Below, one piece after another: positions 12,606 through 24,079 of a stretch of 64,000 nt of DNA (the first letter of the stretch is position 1; the number at the start of each line of letters is the position of its first letter). The position numbers and the translations under genes were made by a program. Below the pieces are notes generated by a model. It saw only the letters and a program-made list of their open reading frames with translations, had not been told where the DNA came from and did no database searches. Source of the DNA: Sphyrna mokarran (taxonomy: Eukaryota); NCBI GenBank assembly GCA_024679065.1, contig JAGIQG010000016.1, forward strand, positions 49,352,001 to 49,416,000, read 5' to 3'.

Positions 12606-12851
12606 CATTAAATTCACTAGTTCCTGATTTGAGCTTGTTGGGTCAAACCCAGGTCAAAAGGTGGAAAGGACAACATGTTGTGCCAACCCACTGCATTACT
12701 CAGCTTTACCATTTGGAAACATCTTGCATTTTTAGGGTTCACCTTCTGTTACTGCTCAGACAACATGATCACTTCATTAGATTCCACAGAATGCTTCAAG
12801 TTGTTAATGGATAGCTACAATCTTTAAATAAAACCAGCCCAGATATAACTA

Positions 12852-12941
<90 letters not shown>

Positions 12942-13919
12942 CTAGGGGGAAGAAAAGCACAAGTTTGAGGCGATGTTTGCACACAAATTTATGAATGAAC
13001 ATTGCTGAATAAACTGCTCAGCTGTATTTAAAAACATTAAAATAGTGATTATTCAGCTGCAAGCAGATGCTTAAATATCCCACACTGTCTGAAAGATATC
13101 AAGATAATTGCAGTGTTAGTATTGCAACGTTAAATTGGATTTAAGTCAATACTGATATTGATCAGCCAGAATAGCAACATGGCTGAAAATTCATTTTGAA
13201 ATACTGTAAAACTATTATGGAAAACATCACTCTCAACCATTATTAGAGCAATGTCTGCATTTTTATACTTTCATCAATCAAAGGCAGCCAAAAATAGATT
13301 TTAATTTCAAATACTCATAACATCATCCAATGATTTACAACTATGTTGCTATCTCGCTTCAAGATGATAAATGGGGCACTAATTACTAGTATAAATACTG
13401 TTGCATTCTCTCTCTGTTGCACAATTTGTGCACTTTCTTTACACTTTTTCACTGTATCAGAAAGCCTGTACAAATACCATGAAGTGAACTAATTATATTG
13501 GATGGAAATTACAATCTAGTATTGTTTTGGTCCACAATATGGTTATTTTGACAAAAGACGACAAGATAAAATGCAGTAGAAAGGAAATTGATTTCAGCAT
13601 TCATAATGGCATAAAAGCATTGTCAATTACAATCTCTACCCATATGACTGTAATATGCTCTTTAGTTTATTTTGAAATTGATGCTACAAAGATAGTATTA
13701 TTATAGCTGGCATTGAACTTTTGTGTTGATGTTAAGAACTGCATCAAATACATCTACGTTTTTCAATCTCAGCACAATATGCAAAAAGTAACAAGAAAAT
13801 CAATGCTTTTTTTTGAAGATGTTAGTATTGAACGTTAAACAAAGTGGTTTGAAATACTTTCAAAAAAGACAATTCTGGTGTGTGTGGGTTGTGGTAGGTG
13901 CTAGGGTAACACATTTAAA

Positions 13920-14130
13920 TACAATCTTTCACATTGTCAGTGTAACCCAAGCATTTTGCAACAAATTAATGACTTTTGAAATGTAGTTGCTGATTTTTTT
14001 TTGAGTTATAGAGATACAAGTTCATTGAAGACCCCATAAAAGCAGTGTGACACAGACCTAGTTATTATGTTTTAATGATTTTAGTTGATGAATATCATTG
14101 ACCAGAACAATGGGGAAACTACATTATCTT
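13920..14130 (-). mobile_element. Degraded DeuSINE (SacSINE1-like) 3' half
   Basis: aatgacttttgaaatgtagt...cccataaaagcagtgtga...gttgatgaatatcattgaccagaaca resembles the reverse of the SacSINE1 tail region. Confidence 0.5.
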
Positions 14131-14564
14131 AAAGCCCCCAGTTGGGAACCAGATGAAGAACTCTTGGTGTCAGGCACACCTGGAGGTGCTCTGAACTGCC
14201 ACACAATGCTCCTCCAATTCTATGCAACTCTGACATCTAAGTTGGAATTTTCAGGTCCTGCCAGCACAAGGCATTGTTGTGAGTGGGGCAGGAAAATTTG
14301 GAGAGCAGCTGATTTTCAAAATGTTCCCATCTCACTGTTATAATCCCAATTGCTGTTCCAACTGGATTGGGAATCTCCGACAATGGAACATTGGCTCAAA
14401 AGACCATAACTTAGAGTTTTTAGAAAAACTTGGATAAACAGAGACACAGAGCTGCCAATTAACAACGGGGGAAAAAAACTCATTAAACATGAACGTTAAA
14501 CACTCCTTCACCTCACCTATACCTTCACGGAGCAAAAGCTTATAGCAGAGTTTATTAAGATCCT

Positions 14565-15134
14565 GGATGGGATTTTCCAGGCGCGTTCGTCCCTAAACTA
14601 GAAAATTCCACCCGAAGTCAAAGAACAAAGAACGATACAGCGCAGGAGCAGACCCTCCGGCCCTCCAAGCCTGCGCCGATCATATGTTCCTAATTAGACC
14701 ATCCATTTTTATCCTTCTACTTCCATTCTGTTCATGTGTCCATCTAGATAAATCTTAAATGATCCTAGTGTGTCTGCCTCAACTACCTTGCCTGGCAGCG
14801 CATTCCAGGCCCTCACCACCGTCTGTGTAAAATACGTCCCCCCCATATCTGTATTGAACCTTGCCCCCCCCCCCCCCTTACCTTGAACTTACGACCCCTT
14901 GTGTTTGTCATTTCTGACCTGGAAAAAAGCTTCCAACTGTTCACCCTATCTATGCCCTTCATAATTTTATAAACTTTATTAGGTCAGCCCTCAACCTCCA
15001 TCTTTCCTGGGAGAACAATCCTAGTTTATTCAATCTCACCTCACAGCTAATACTCTCCATACCAGGCAACACTGGACCTTTGCATCGTCCGCCCATTCCC
15101 TTCCTGTGGCAAGCAGTATGGGAAAATTCTGCCT
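14565..15134. mobile_element. ~130-bp MITE split by a CR1 insertion
   Basis: ggatgggattttccag...aaaattccacccgaagtcaa on the left and ctggacctttgcatcgtccg...gggaaaattctgcc on the right join into one copy of the family seen at 48378-48503. Confidence 0.7.
14621..15070 (-). mobile_element. CR1 3' end (~450 bp)
   Basis: aagaacaaagaac tail, gcattccaggccctcaccaccgtctgtgtaaa (FTQTVVRAWNAL on minus), ends at ataccaggcaac (LPGM). Confidence 0.9.
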
Positions 15135-15640
15135 CTATGTTTCAATACAATGAAATGATTTGTCTTGTATATTTAGCAAGGTAATTAACCTGTGTGCTGT
15201 TCTATGGGTATCAATCTTAATTCATCATGTCATGATGGTATTATAAATCTTTAAAGAAGTTAAAAAGGCTCCCCAGTTGCAACATGACTGTTTTTGTGGA
15301 TTGAGCCATTTCATCTCTCAAGAAGACATGAATACTTTATCTAGTATTGAATGACTATTGTTTCAGTCAGGAGTCAAATAAAATTTCATCGACACTTTCA
15401 ATATAAAATTGCAAATTTGCCTTCTCACATCTAAAGGCTTTGGTTGCTTAAAACACAGGTGGGAGAAGATTTCTGACTGTTCATTCAATCACCAGAATCC
15501 CTCATTTGGGACCATGACGCAACATTAATGTATCATGATACAGCAACCACCTTGGTTCCCTTCTAAAGATATAGCAGGACATTCAAACTGCTTCTCAGAG
15601 GTGCAGGTATATGAGAAACAAATACTATTTATCTTCAATT

Positions 15641-16589
15641 AAGGTAATTCTCCCAACCCACTGCACTGTTCTAGCAGCACAATGGGCCAAGAGTCATCAG
15701 TGGAGGTCATTTATTGGGCTCCCCGCTGGGCATAACAGCCTCCGTGTGTCTCCAGGGTACTGTTTGTTAGAGCAATCAGTTCCATGCTGGAAATCAGCAT
15801 GGAGATAATTTCCATATTTAAATCTGCATTTAAATATCAGGTCCAAGTTTGAAATCACTGGGCCCCCTAGCATCTACCACCTGCCCCCCCACACCAGAAG
15901 TGGTTTACCCCAACGGGGTTTACCACTGCTTCCCACGGAACATGCAGCAGACTTCACTGGAGGAAACAGAAGCTATAGATACTCCCAAGAGGTCAGGAGT
16001 TAGGGATTGCCTCTTAAAAGCCAAGGAGTGGGGCCATTTGGCACAGGGCCTAGAGGGGGCAATCGCCAGAGGTGGGGGAGTTCCTGCTGCCAATCTGCAA
16101 AAGGATCATGAGCAGAGGAGGGAAGGGTGTGATTGGGGCTGGCCATCTAGTCAGGTAGGGGGGGCAGGGTCAGGATTGCCAGGAGGGCGGGGAGATTGGG
16201 GCAGGCTGGATGGACATCGGTGCTGGCCTGGAGAGACTTGAAAAGCCAGCAATCAGAGGGTATGGGTGTCTGAAGGGCAGCAATGGGGAGTCATAGGGCT
16301 GGCCAGTGATCGGGATGGCTAGTGATTAGGAGGCCGGCAGTGCGGAGCTACTATGCATGCGCCGATCTTCGCTCTGACAGATCAGTGCATGTACAGTGGC
16401 CTACCCAGCGCTATGTTGACAGCCTCTCCAGTGGGACTGGGCCTCACACCTGATTTTCAGTGTGAATCTCTGCAGTGTTCAGAGTGTGGGGAAATTCATT
16501 TTCAAAATTCACTAAAGAACCAGTGGGAGTTACTCCAGTTTTTACACAAATTTGGCTCTTAAAATTTTTGTTTTGGGAGAATCGCCCCC
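15641..16589. mobile_element. Non-autonomous DNA transposon with TIRs (PIF/Harbinger-like)
   Basis: Left end aggtaattctcccaa is inverted relative to right end ttgggagaatcgcccc; G-rich internal segment; no credible ORF. Confidence 0.7.
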
Positions 16590-16854
16590 ATCTAGTTTTT
16601 ATGTGAGTGGTAGTGTAGGTGAGTGACACGTCATGTTTTTGTTACCCTCTGGGGTAAGTGCGTGAGAAATAAATTAATCATCCTCCTTTTTAAAATACTA
16701 AAGCTTGCTGCTGTGTTATTTTAAGTGATTCAATTATTCTAAGAGCAAGAAAATACAAATACATCCATGTACATATATTTTATTACAATAAATAAAACAT
16801 AACAACTTAAACTTGTCTATGCCACTCAGTACTATCATTAGCCAAAATGTGTGA

Positions 16855-17020
16855 TTTCAAGAAGAAATTAGATATAATTCTTGATGCTAAAGGGATCAAG
16901 GGATATGAGGAGAAGACAAGATCAGGATATTAAATCTGATGATCAGCCATGATCAAAATGAATGGCAAACAGGCTCAAAGAGCTGAATGGCCTTCTTTTG
17001 CTTCAATTTTCTATGTTTCA
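16855..17020 (+). mobile_element. CR1 3' end fragment
   Basis: atttcaagaagaaattagat...aagggatatgagg...gatcagccatgatc...gaatggcc...ttctatgttt. Confidence 0.75.
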
Positions 17021-17159
17021 ATATGATTATCACAATATTTTCTGAACTGATTATTGTAGAAAAATATGTTGTGGATTTGTATAATTCTCTGATCTTATTT
17101 AACACTTCTTAACCTTAACAATTTCAACCTCAGTTTAGCATTTGTTTGGTTCAGCTACA

Positions 17160-17535
17160 GAATTAGAAAATTGTTGGTTCAAGACTCACTGTGGAACTGA
17201 GCACAAAATCTAAGCTAGCATTGAATTGTGAGAGGCGCCATTCCTTCACAGTCAATGTTAAACCAAGTTTACAGTCAGGAGGAGAAGAAAAAGTCCCAAA
17301 TCTGCACTTTATACAGATAAGCATTGGGTGTCTCTTTCTGTCTTGGCCAACATTCTTCCCTCAATCAACACCATTCAGAAAAAAACATCTTAACCTGGCA
17401 ATTAATCTGATGTGTTAATTGTGGGATATTGCTATACTTAGCTGGTTGCCGTTTTTGATTCCAGAAAATTCTCTGCCCTTTAACTGATTGGTTGTGAAGT
17501 GGTTTCAAATGTCGTGAGGATGTGTAGCACTATCA
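17160..17535 (+). mobile_element. Degraded DeuSINE (SacSINE1-like)
   Basis: ggttcaagactcact head, tcttggccaacattcttccctcaatcaacacca, tgtgggatattgct, gattggttgtgaagtggttt tail. Confidence 0.6.
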
Positions 17536-18257
17536 TTTAGAAAATTATACCTCAAGGGCTACTTAACTGAGAACTTTTCTTTTAACAGGACGTTATAATG
17601 CACAGGTCTTGTGTGTCAGAAAGTGTGTTGATTTTATGTATTCTGACAAGAATTCATCACTGTTTGTTATTTTCTCATCTTCTGTGATTCTCTGCTCACT
17701 CTAGTGAAAGTGCATACACTGGCACTCATGCACATTGCAGCCGTTGATTTAAATGCACGTTATTGGAGGTAGTACAACCAAAGCAAATATACAAACTATT
17801 TCATCTTGAAACTACACTTGCCCTCTTATTTGTCATGAAACCATTAGTTTGTGATGATCTTTGTTGTGTGTGTTTGATATTGTCATTAATTTGAAATATT
17901 TTTACACTAATTATAACATAGGGTATGGTAGCAACCAATAATTATTTGAAGCTCACTAAAAGTCACCTTATGCTATTCACTTCGAGGTTCAAAGTCCAAT
18001 AGGTGGAATTTTCCATTCTGGAGACTAAGTCCAGCAAAAGATAGGAAAGTCAGCATGATTTCCATTGGGTTGGACATGTATGATTTTCTGCTTCTCAGCT
18101 CATTATCATGCATCCGCAAAGAATATCACAGTGGTACGGCCAGGGGATCGATGGTTCCACTATGGCCTCATGGGTCTAAGGTCTTGGTACCATACTTAAA
18201 CTGCACCTGGAAGGGCATTCACTCACTGTAGGCCAACTTTGTGTCGTGAGGGAATCA

Positions 18258-18475
18258 ATGGCATCTGATAAAACCAAACCCTCAACAACACGTTGCAGCA
18301 AAGCCTCCCTAAGGATTTGTTACAGGCTGTCCAGGAAAGATGAGAGATCCCCTTTCTACAGGATGGGAGTAGAAGGTCCTTCCACCTAACTGCACTAACA
18401 TGGAGGTGGTCATCGTGAGATTAGTACCTGAAGCAAACAAAAATAGGACCACCCTGTAATGCCACAAAAGATGAG
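18258..18475 (+). pseudogene. Fossil Myb/SANT-like DNA-binding ORF of a PIF/Harbinger transposon
   Basis: Piecewise translation MAS...RCSKASL../LQAVQER*EIPFLQDGSRR...W...NRTTL*CHKR matches the recalled pattern APRFSDASL..LL.AV..RRE.LFP..G.R...W...RT..QCRKR. Confidence 0.6.
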
Positions 18476-19238
18476 GGTTCTCTGCTGTTTCTTCAGGGTA
18501 ATTGAAACTTCTGCTCACTCCAAACTCACACTCTCGTTAGCACTTCAGACAGTCTGAGGGTTAGACTTCACGGCATTGTTATGCACAACCAACAGATAGG
18601 GCGTCAATACTGAAAATGGGCCAGCCACTTTAAGCTCAATATCTCCTGTAAGGTCCAGCACAAATAAATCCTTTACAGAGAAGGGCTCATCAAGCATTGC
18701 TCTTTAATCTATAGTGCACAGAGGATTGCACTGTCTTTGTGAAGAATTAAGACAGATAGATCTCACATAATGAAAGGCCCCAAAATTGAGACCCTCTTGC
18801 CATTCAAGGAATGGGCAAAAGAGCTAGTTAGAGAGGAAGGTGAGATAAGCTTCCCCAAACAAGACAATGAGGATACACCCAGTATAGATCAACAATGTGT
18901 AAACAATGACTGTGAGTGATCTACAATGTCTAGTTAACTGTGACTCTATATTCTAAATACCAGCAAGTCAAAAGAAAGAGCATCCTTGATAGAAGACTCA
19001 GCCTCAGACCCAAGACTACCTCCAAGGAGGAAACAGACCTATACTCAGGTGAAAATCTACCCATGTGTCCACTTGCACTCTCCAGGTCACACACTTCAGT
19101 GGGGGCTTAGTTTTAGAGTAGGCTTGGGATTCGACATATAATACAATAGCAAAAAAAAAAAAAATCACACTTTCAATTGTATAACATTTTTCTTGCAATT
19201 GGAATGCCAGAAGCATCTCACTGGAACACACCACCTTC

Positions 19239-19357
19239 AACAGTGCAGCACTCTCTCATTACTGTACTAAAATGTCAATTTTAGATTTTATTGAGTCTCA
19301 AGGGGGTGATTTAAACTCACAACCTCCTATCTCCAAAGCAAGAGACAAGGCTGACTT
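19239..19357 (-). mobile_element. DeuSINE head fragment
   Basis: aacagtgcagcactctctcattactgtact...aactcacaacctcct. Confidence 0.55.
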
Positions 19358-19365
19358 CATAATAG

Positions 19366-19975
19366 TGTAATAATTCCACTGAGGTGAAAGTCGCATCACC
19401 AAGTTATTTATTTACACCACAGATCTACACACAGCCAGCTCTCCAATTGTTCCCTGCTGGATGCAGTCTGGGAATCAGACAGACCTCCTTTAAATAGGGA
19501 GCATGAGGCTCCCTGATTTAACCAATCAATTAAGACTCATCAAGTATTTCTTTTCAGGTACCAACTAATTAGACAAAATCAAATTAACTCAGGGACAAAT
19601 TAAAAAGGGACAGCTCCCCAAAAGGAGGGACAACAGCCCGAACAAAGGAAACTTAAAACATCAAATTAAAATGTGATTATCAGGGTCAATAATACAGCCC
19701 CAGTTCTTGCGGTACCCAGAGATGTCAATTGTGCCCATGGATACCACATCCTCCCTCTTTAGGGACACCTGGCCACAAATATAGCCATGGTAGAGGGGCA
19801 AATAGTTACGATGAACAACCCCGTCGATCGCCCACTGCCTGGACCTAATTAATGATTCACCTTACCAGGCGTAAGAGCATGTTCACAAGGAGGTCATCCT
19901 CCTGACCCGCGGGGACTCATCAGGCAGTCCATACTCTAGCAAGCCAGCCTCATTTGCCTGGCTGAAATCATTACA
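19366..19975. mobile_element. Solo LTR (about 230 bp once the nested Tx1 is removed)
   Basis: Termini TGTAAT...ATTACA; perfect 5-bp TSD AATAG at 19361-19365 and 19976-19980. Confidence 0.8.
19543..19913 (-). mobile_element. Tx1-clade (L1-Tx1) LINE 3' end nested in the solo LTR
   Basis: Minus translation EDDLLVNMLL.L...RSRQWAIDGVV...LPLYHGYI.GQVSL.RE..VS.GT...GCIIDPDNHILI* is a Tx1 ORF2 C-terminus; 9-bp TSD GACTCATCA at 19534-19542 and 19914-19922. Confidence 0.8.
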
Positions 19976-21404
19976 AATAGTAAATAATTATTTATTAAAC
20001 TGCAGTAATTATCAATGAGTTAATAATATTACTTTGTCTAAAAACAATGATCTGCAAAGACAATCAGAGGTGGTCATGTACCATATATTGGATTGGACAT
20101 ACTAAGATGAATCATCCACGTTTAGTGCTCAATGAAGTGTGGGTAACTGTGAGAACTATTCAGTTTGAATTCTGACCAAAAAAAGCTCTAATTTTTGTTG
20201 ATTTTCTCTTTTTATTTCTCTCTCTTGAAGATGCTGACTCTTGCTTGTGCTGAACACGTAAGTAATGACAGCTTCTTCAACTAGCTGGCCACTCTTCATA
20301 AATAAGCAGCGTATGGTGGTGGCTCCTGACACTTAGTAGGTTATTTGACCATGGGGGGCCATCTCAATGAAGACTGATTCCATTCTCACTCAACAGCAAA
20401 ATTCCCAGTGATGGTCACTGGTATTTTAATGTAACTAGTGAGAATATGCTGACCCAGTAGACAATGTACCCAATGGTAAAATGATGTGAGGGTCAGCTGA
20501 CCTAGTATAAATAAAAAGTAGATGGGGATTGTGTGTAGCTTGTGTAGCCTAGAGCATGGCATGAGTGTTGATTAATAAAGTTTCTTTATTAAATCTTTTT
20601 CTTTGATTTATTTTCTAAAGCTAAGTTTATTTCTTTTATTGCTTTCAACTGAAGATCCTTATTTCCAGATGAACAATTAGAACAGCAACAAGGAGCAGAA
20701 ACAAATGCTGATGACTATCTTTCTCCAGAGTAGAATAGTGATTCCTCTCCAGAAGTATTTCCACAACAACTGTTTTCCTATTGCTTTCTTCACTGTGCTT
20801 TAGGAAAGTCTTGAGAAAATCTGATGCCTCTCAGTCTCTCTTATTTGTTATAGAATTGATGACAGTCACGACTCCTGTAGTTCAAGGTCATTTCAAGTAC
20901 CTCCCCTGTTTGTGATACACCTTGTTCTTTTTTGTTCTTTGCTGCATTGTGTTCCCACCAAGAATGTGCTGTGAGATCTACCTCAGCTCTTTGTATAGCA
21001 GGAGAATCCAGTAATTTTACTCACTGAGAATAGATTTCAGCAACATTGAAAGACATAAAGAGGGGTTGAAAGTGTATGCCTCTGTTGATCCAACAGTAAG
21101 AGTATGGCATTTGAGTGTTTGTAATCTCCTGATACACTCACACTGGGTGAAGTATTGCTAGAAGCTCATTATCACATCTGAGATTAGGGGTGTTCAACTT
21201 GGGGAATTTCATTTTAACATGGATAGAATAATCTTGCATAATAATTCATCAGGATTCCATAGAATTACAAAGAACTACATAGCACATACAGCGTAGAAAC
21301 AATTTTCAAGGCCTAACTGGCCTATGAAAATATTTGTGTCCCATTCTCAAGCCTCCTCCCATCCTACATCTATGAGCAAACCTTTCTATTCGCTTCTCCT
21401 TCAT

Positions 21405-21832
21405 TTCATTGAATCCCTATAATGCAGAAGGAAGCCATTCAGCCCATCAAGTCTACATCAATCACAATCCCACCCAGGCCTTGTAATCCCACATATTTAC
21501 CCTGCTAATCCCCTTGGTACTAGAGTCAATTTAGCATGACCAATCCACCAAACCAGCACATCTTTGGATAGTGGGAGGAAACTGGACCACCCAGAAAAAA
21601 ACCCATGCAGACATAGAGAGAATGTGCAAATGCCACAACTGAGGCATCGAGCCCAGGTAAAAGCAAATTACTGCGGATGCTGGAATCTGAAACCAAACAG
21701 AAAATGCTGGAAAATCGCAGCAGGTACAGTAGTATTGGTAATGGGAAAAAAGAGCTGACATTTAAATCCAGATGACCTCTTGTCCCTGGTGCTGTGCGGT
21801 AGCAGTGTTTATCTTTAGCTGTCCTTCCACCC
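21405..21832 (-). mobile_element. V-SINE (tail A) interrupted by a Penelope pseudo-LTR
   Basis: Reverse V-domain gtgggaggaaactggaccacccag...acccatgcagaca; head resumes at ccctggtgctgtgcggtagcagtg after 21785. Confidence 0.85.
21657..21785 (-). mobile_element. Solo pseudo-LTR of a second Penelope family
   Basis: aaaagcaaattactgcggatgctggaatctgaaaccaaacagaaaatgctggaaaatc...; related copy at 35205-35300. Confidence 0.7.
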
Positions 21833-21974
21833 AATGCTATTTGCTTCTGCTACAAGCTACATCATATAGTAGGGAGTTCTAAATGTCCACTGCTCTCTGA
21901 ATAATTTTCTCTGAATTCCCCATTAGATTTCTTGGTTACTATCTTTTTTTGATGCCCACTGACTTTACTTTTCC

Positions 21975-23091
21975 CTGATGTGGAGATGCCAGTGTTGGGC
22001 TGGGGTAAGCACAATAAGAAGTCTCACAACACCAGGTTAAAAGTCCAACAGCTTTATTTGGTATTACAGGGCACAAACTTTCAAAGCGCCGCCGCTTCAT
22101 CAGGTGAGTGGGAGTCCTATTCACAAACAGGACATATAAAGAAACAAACTCAATTTACAAAATAATAGTTGGAATGTGAGTCTTTACATGTAATCAAGTC
22201 TTAAAGAAGATCTTCTTCAGAGCCTTCAACATGTCATCGATGAAGACAAACATCTCGCCAAGGCCATCCTCAAATTCCCACTTCTTGCCTTCAAACAACC
22301 GCACAACCTCAAACAGGCCACTGTCTGCAGCAAACTACCCAGCCTTTAGGGGAACTATGACCACGACACCACACAACTCTGCCAGAGCAACCTCTGCAAG
22401 ATATGTTGGATCATGGACATAGATGCCATCACCTCATGTGAGAATACCATCCACCAGGTACTCGGTACATACACTTGCAACTTGGCCAATGTTGTCTACC
22501 TGATACTCTTCAGGAAAGGATGCCCCGAGGCATGGTACATTGGAGAGAACATGCAGATGTTACAACATCGGATGAGTGAACACCATCGACAATCGCCAGG
22601 CAGTAATGTTCTTTTCCTGTTGGGAAACGCTTTAGCGGTCATGGGCATTCGGCCTCTGATCTTCAGGTATGCATTCTCCAAGGCAATCTTCACAACATAC
22701 AACAATGCAGAGTGGCTGAGCAGAAACTGATAGCCAAGTTCCACAGACATGAGGATGGCCTCAACCGGGATCTTGGGTTCATGTCACACTATCTGTAATC
22801 CCTACAATTTGCCTGAGCTTGCAAAATCTCATTAACTGTCCTGGCTGGAGACAATACACATCTCTAATCTGTGCTTAACCATCTCTCCACTCATATTGTC
22901 TGTACCTTTAAGACTTGATTACTGTAAAGACTTGCATTCTAACTATTATTTTGTAAATTGAGTTTGTGATTAAATGCCCTGTTGTGAACAGAACTCCCAC
23001 TCACCTGATGAAGGGGCAGTGCTCTGAAAGCTTGTGGCTTATGCTACCAAATAAACCTGTTGGACTTTGACCTGGAGTTGTGAGACTTCTT
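21975..23091 (+). mobile_element. Penelope-like element: inverted pseudo-LTR (21975-22206) plus sense GIY-YIG domain and pseudo-LTR
   Basis: TYTCNLANVVYLILFRKGCPEAWYIGENMQMLQHRMSEH (GIY-YIG); TSD actttactttt(t)cc at 21962-21974 and 23092-23105. Confidence 0.92.
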
Positions 23092-23699
23092 ACTTTACTT
23101 TTTCCACATGCAGAAACACAGGATTGATATTTCTGGAGGGGGTGGACATGTCTAATATTAAAACCTCCTTTGAAAGGCTCCATTTCCCATATTCTCATGT
23201 CATGATGCAGACAGGCCCCACACCTCTGCAGACATTCGAAGGCAAGCACTGAAGCATGTTAGTTGGAAGGCTTACCTGAATTTGCTGGATTTTGACCCAA
23301 ATGTATAAAGGCTGTTTGGCACACTACTAGACTTCACCCTTCACCAACCTAATCTCCTAATACCCCAGACTACCTCTATGTCCTGTCATACCTACCATGT
23401 CATCTCCATGCCAACCCCCACCCCCAACTTGCCCCATCCCAATTCCTCTTCATATCTCCAAGGCCATCCATGCGCCCTCATGTTCCCCTTGACCCCTCCA
23501 TACCTTCATGGCCCTTCCACTCACCACCAATGATCCCTTCATTCCCCCTCCTCAAGTATTCTCCATAGCCACTCACCTAGTATCCTTAATGGCAGACCTC
23601 AGCAGCCACGTATACATGAGTAAAAATAAACTTCTCACAATCTAATAGAGCTCTCACTCATACACAATACTGAAAAGACTATCCTTCCAAGCATGATGC

Positions 23700-23985
23700 T
23701 GAGTCAATTGCATTCACTGTTCCCAATGTAGTCTCCACAGTGGGGAAGCTATATGCAGATTGGGTGACGGCTTTGCGAAACACATTTGCTCAATCCACAA
23801 ACATGATCCCAACCTTCCTGTTGCTTGTTATTTTAACTCAACACCTTGCTCTCATGCACACGTGTCTGTCCTTGTCCTGCTGTAATGCTTCAGAGAATAC
23901 CATTACCAGCTGGAGGAATAACATCTCATCTTCCAGTTCAGCAACCCCTGGCACCAACGTTGAGTTCAGCAACTTTAGATTTTGA
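23700..23985 (+). mobile_element. GIY-YIG endonuclease fragment of another Penelope family
   Basis: CIHCSQC...RLGDGFAKH..SIHKHDPNLPVACYFNS.PCSH...LEE*HLIF...NVEFSNFR. Confidence 0.75.
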
Positions 23986-24079
23986 CCTTTTTGCTCCACC
24001 TTAAACCCCCTTTTCTAATAGCCCATACATGTATTGTCTCAATATCGTATTGGATAATGGAAATGAATTGGCTAAATAT

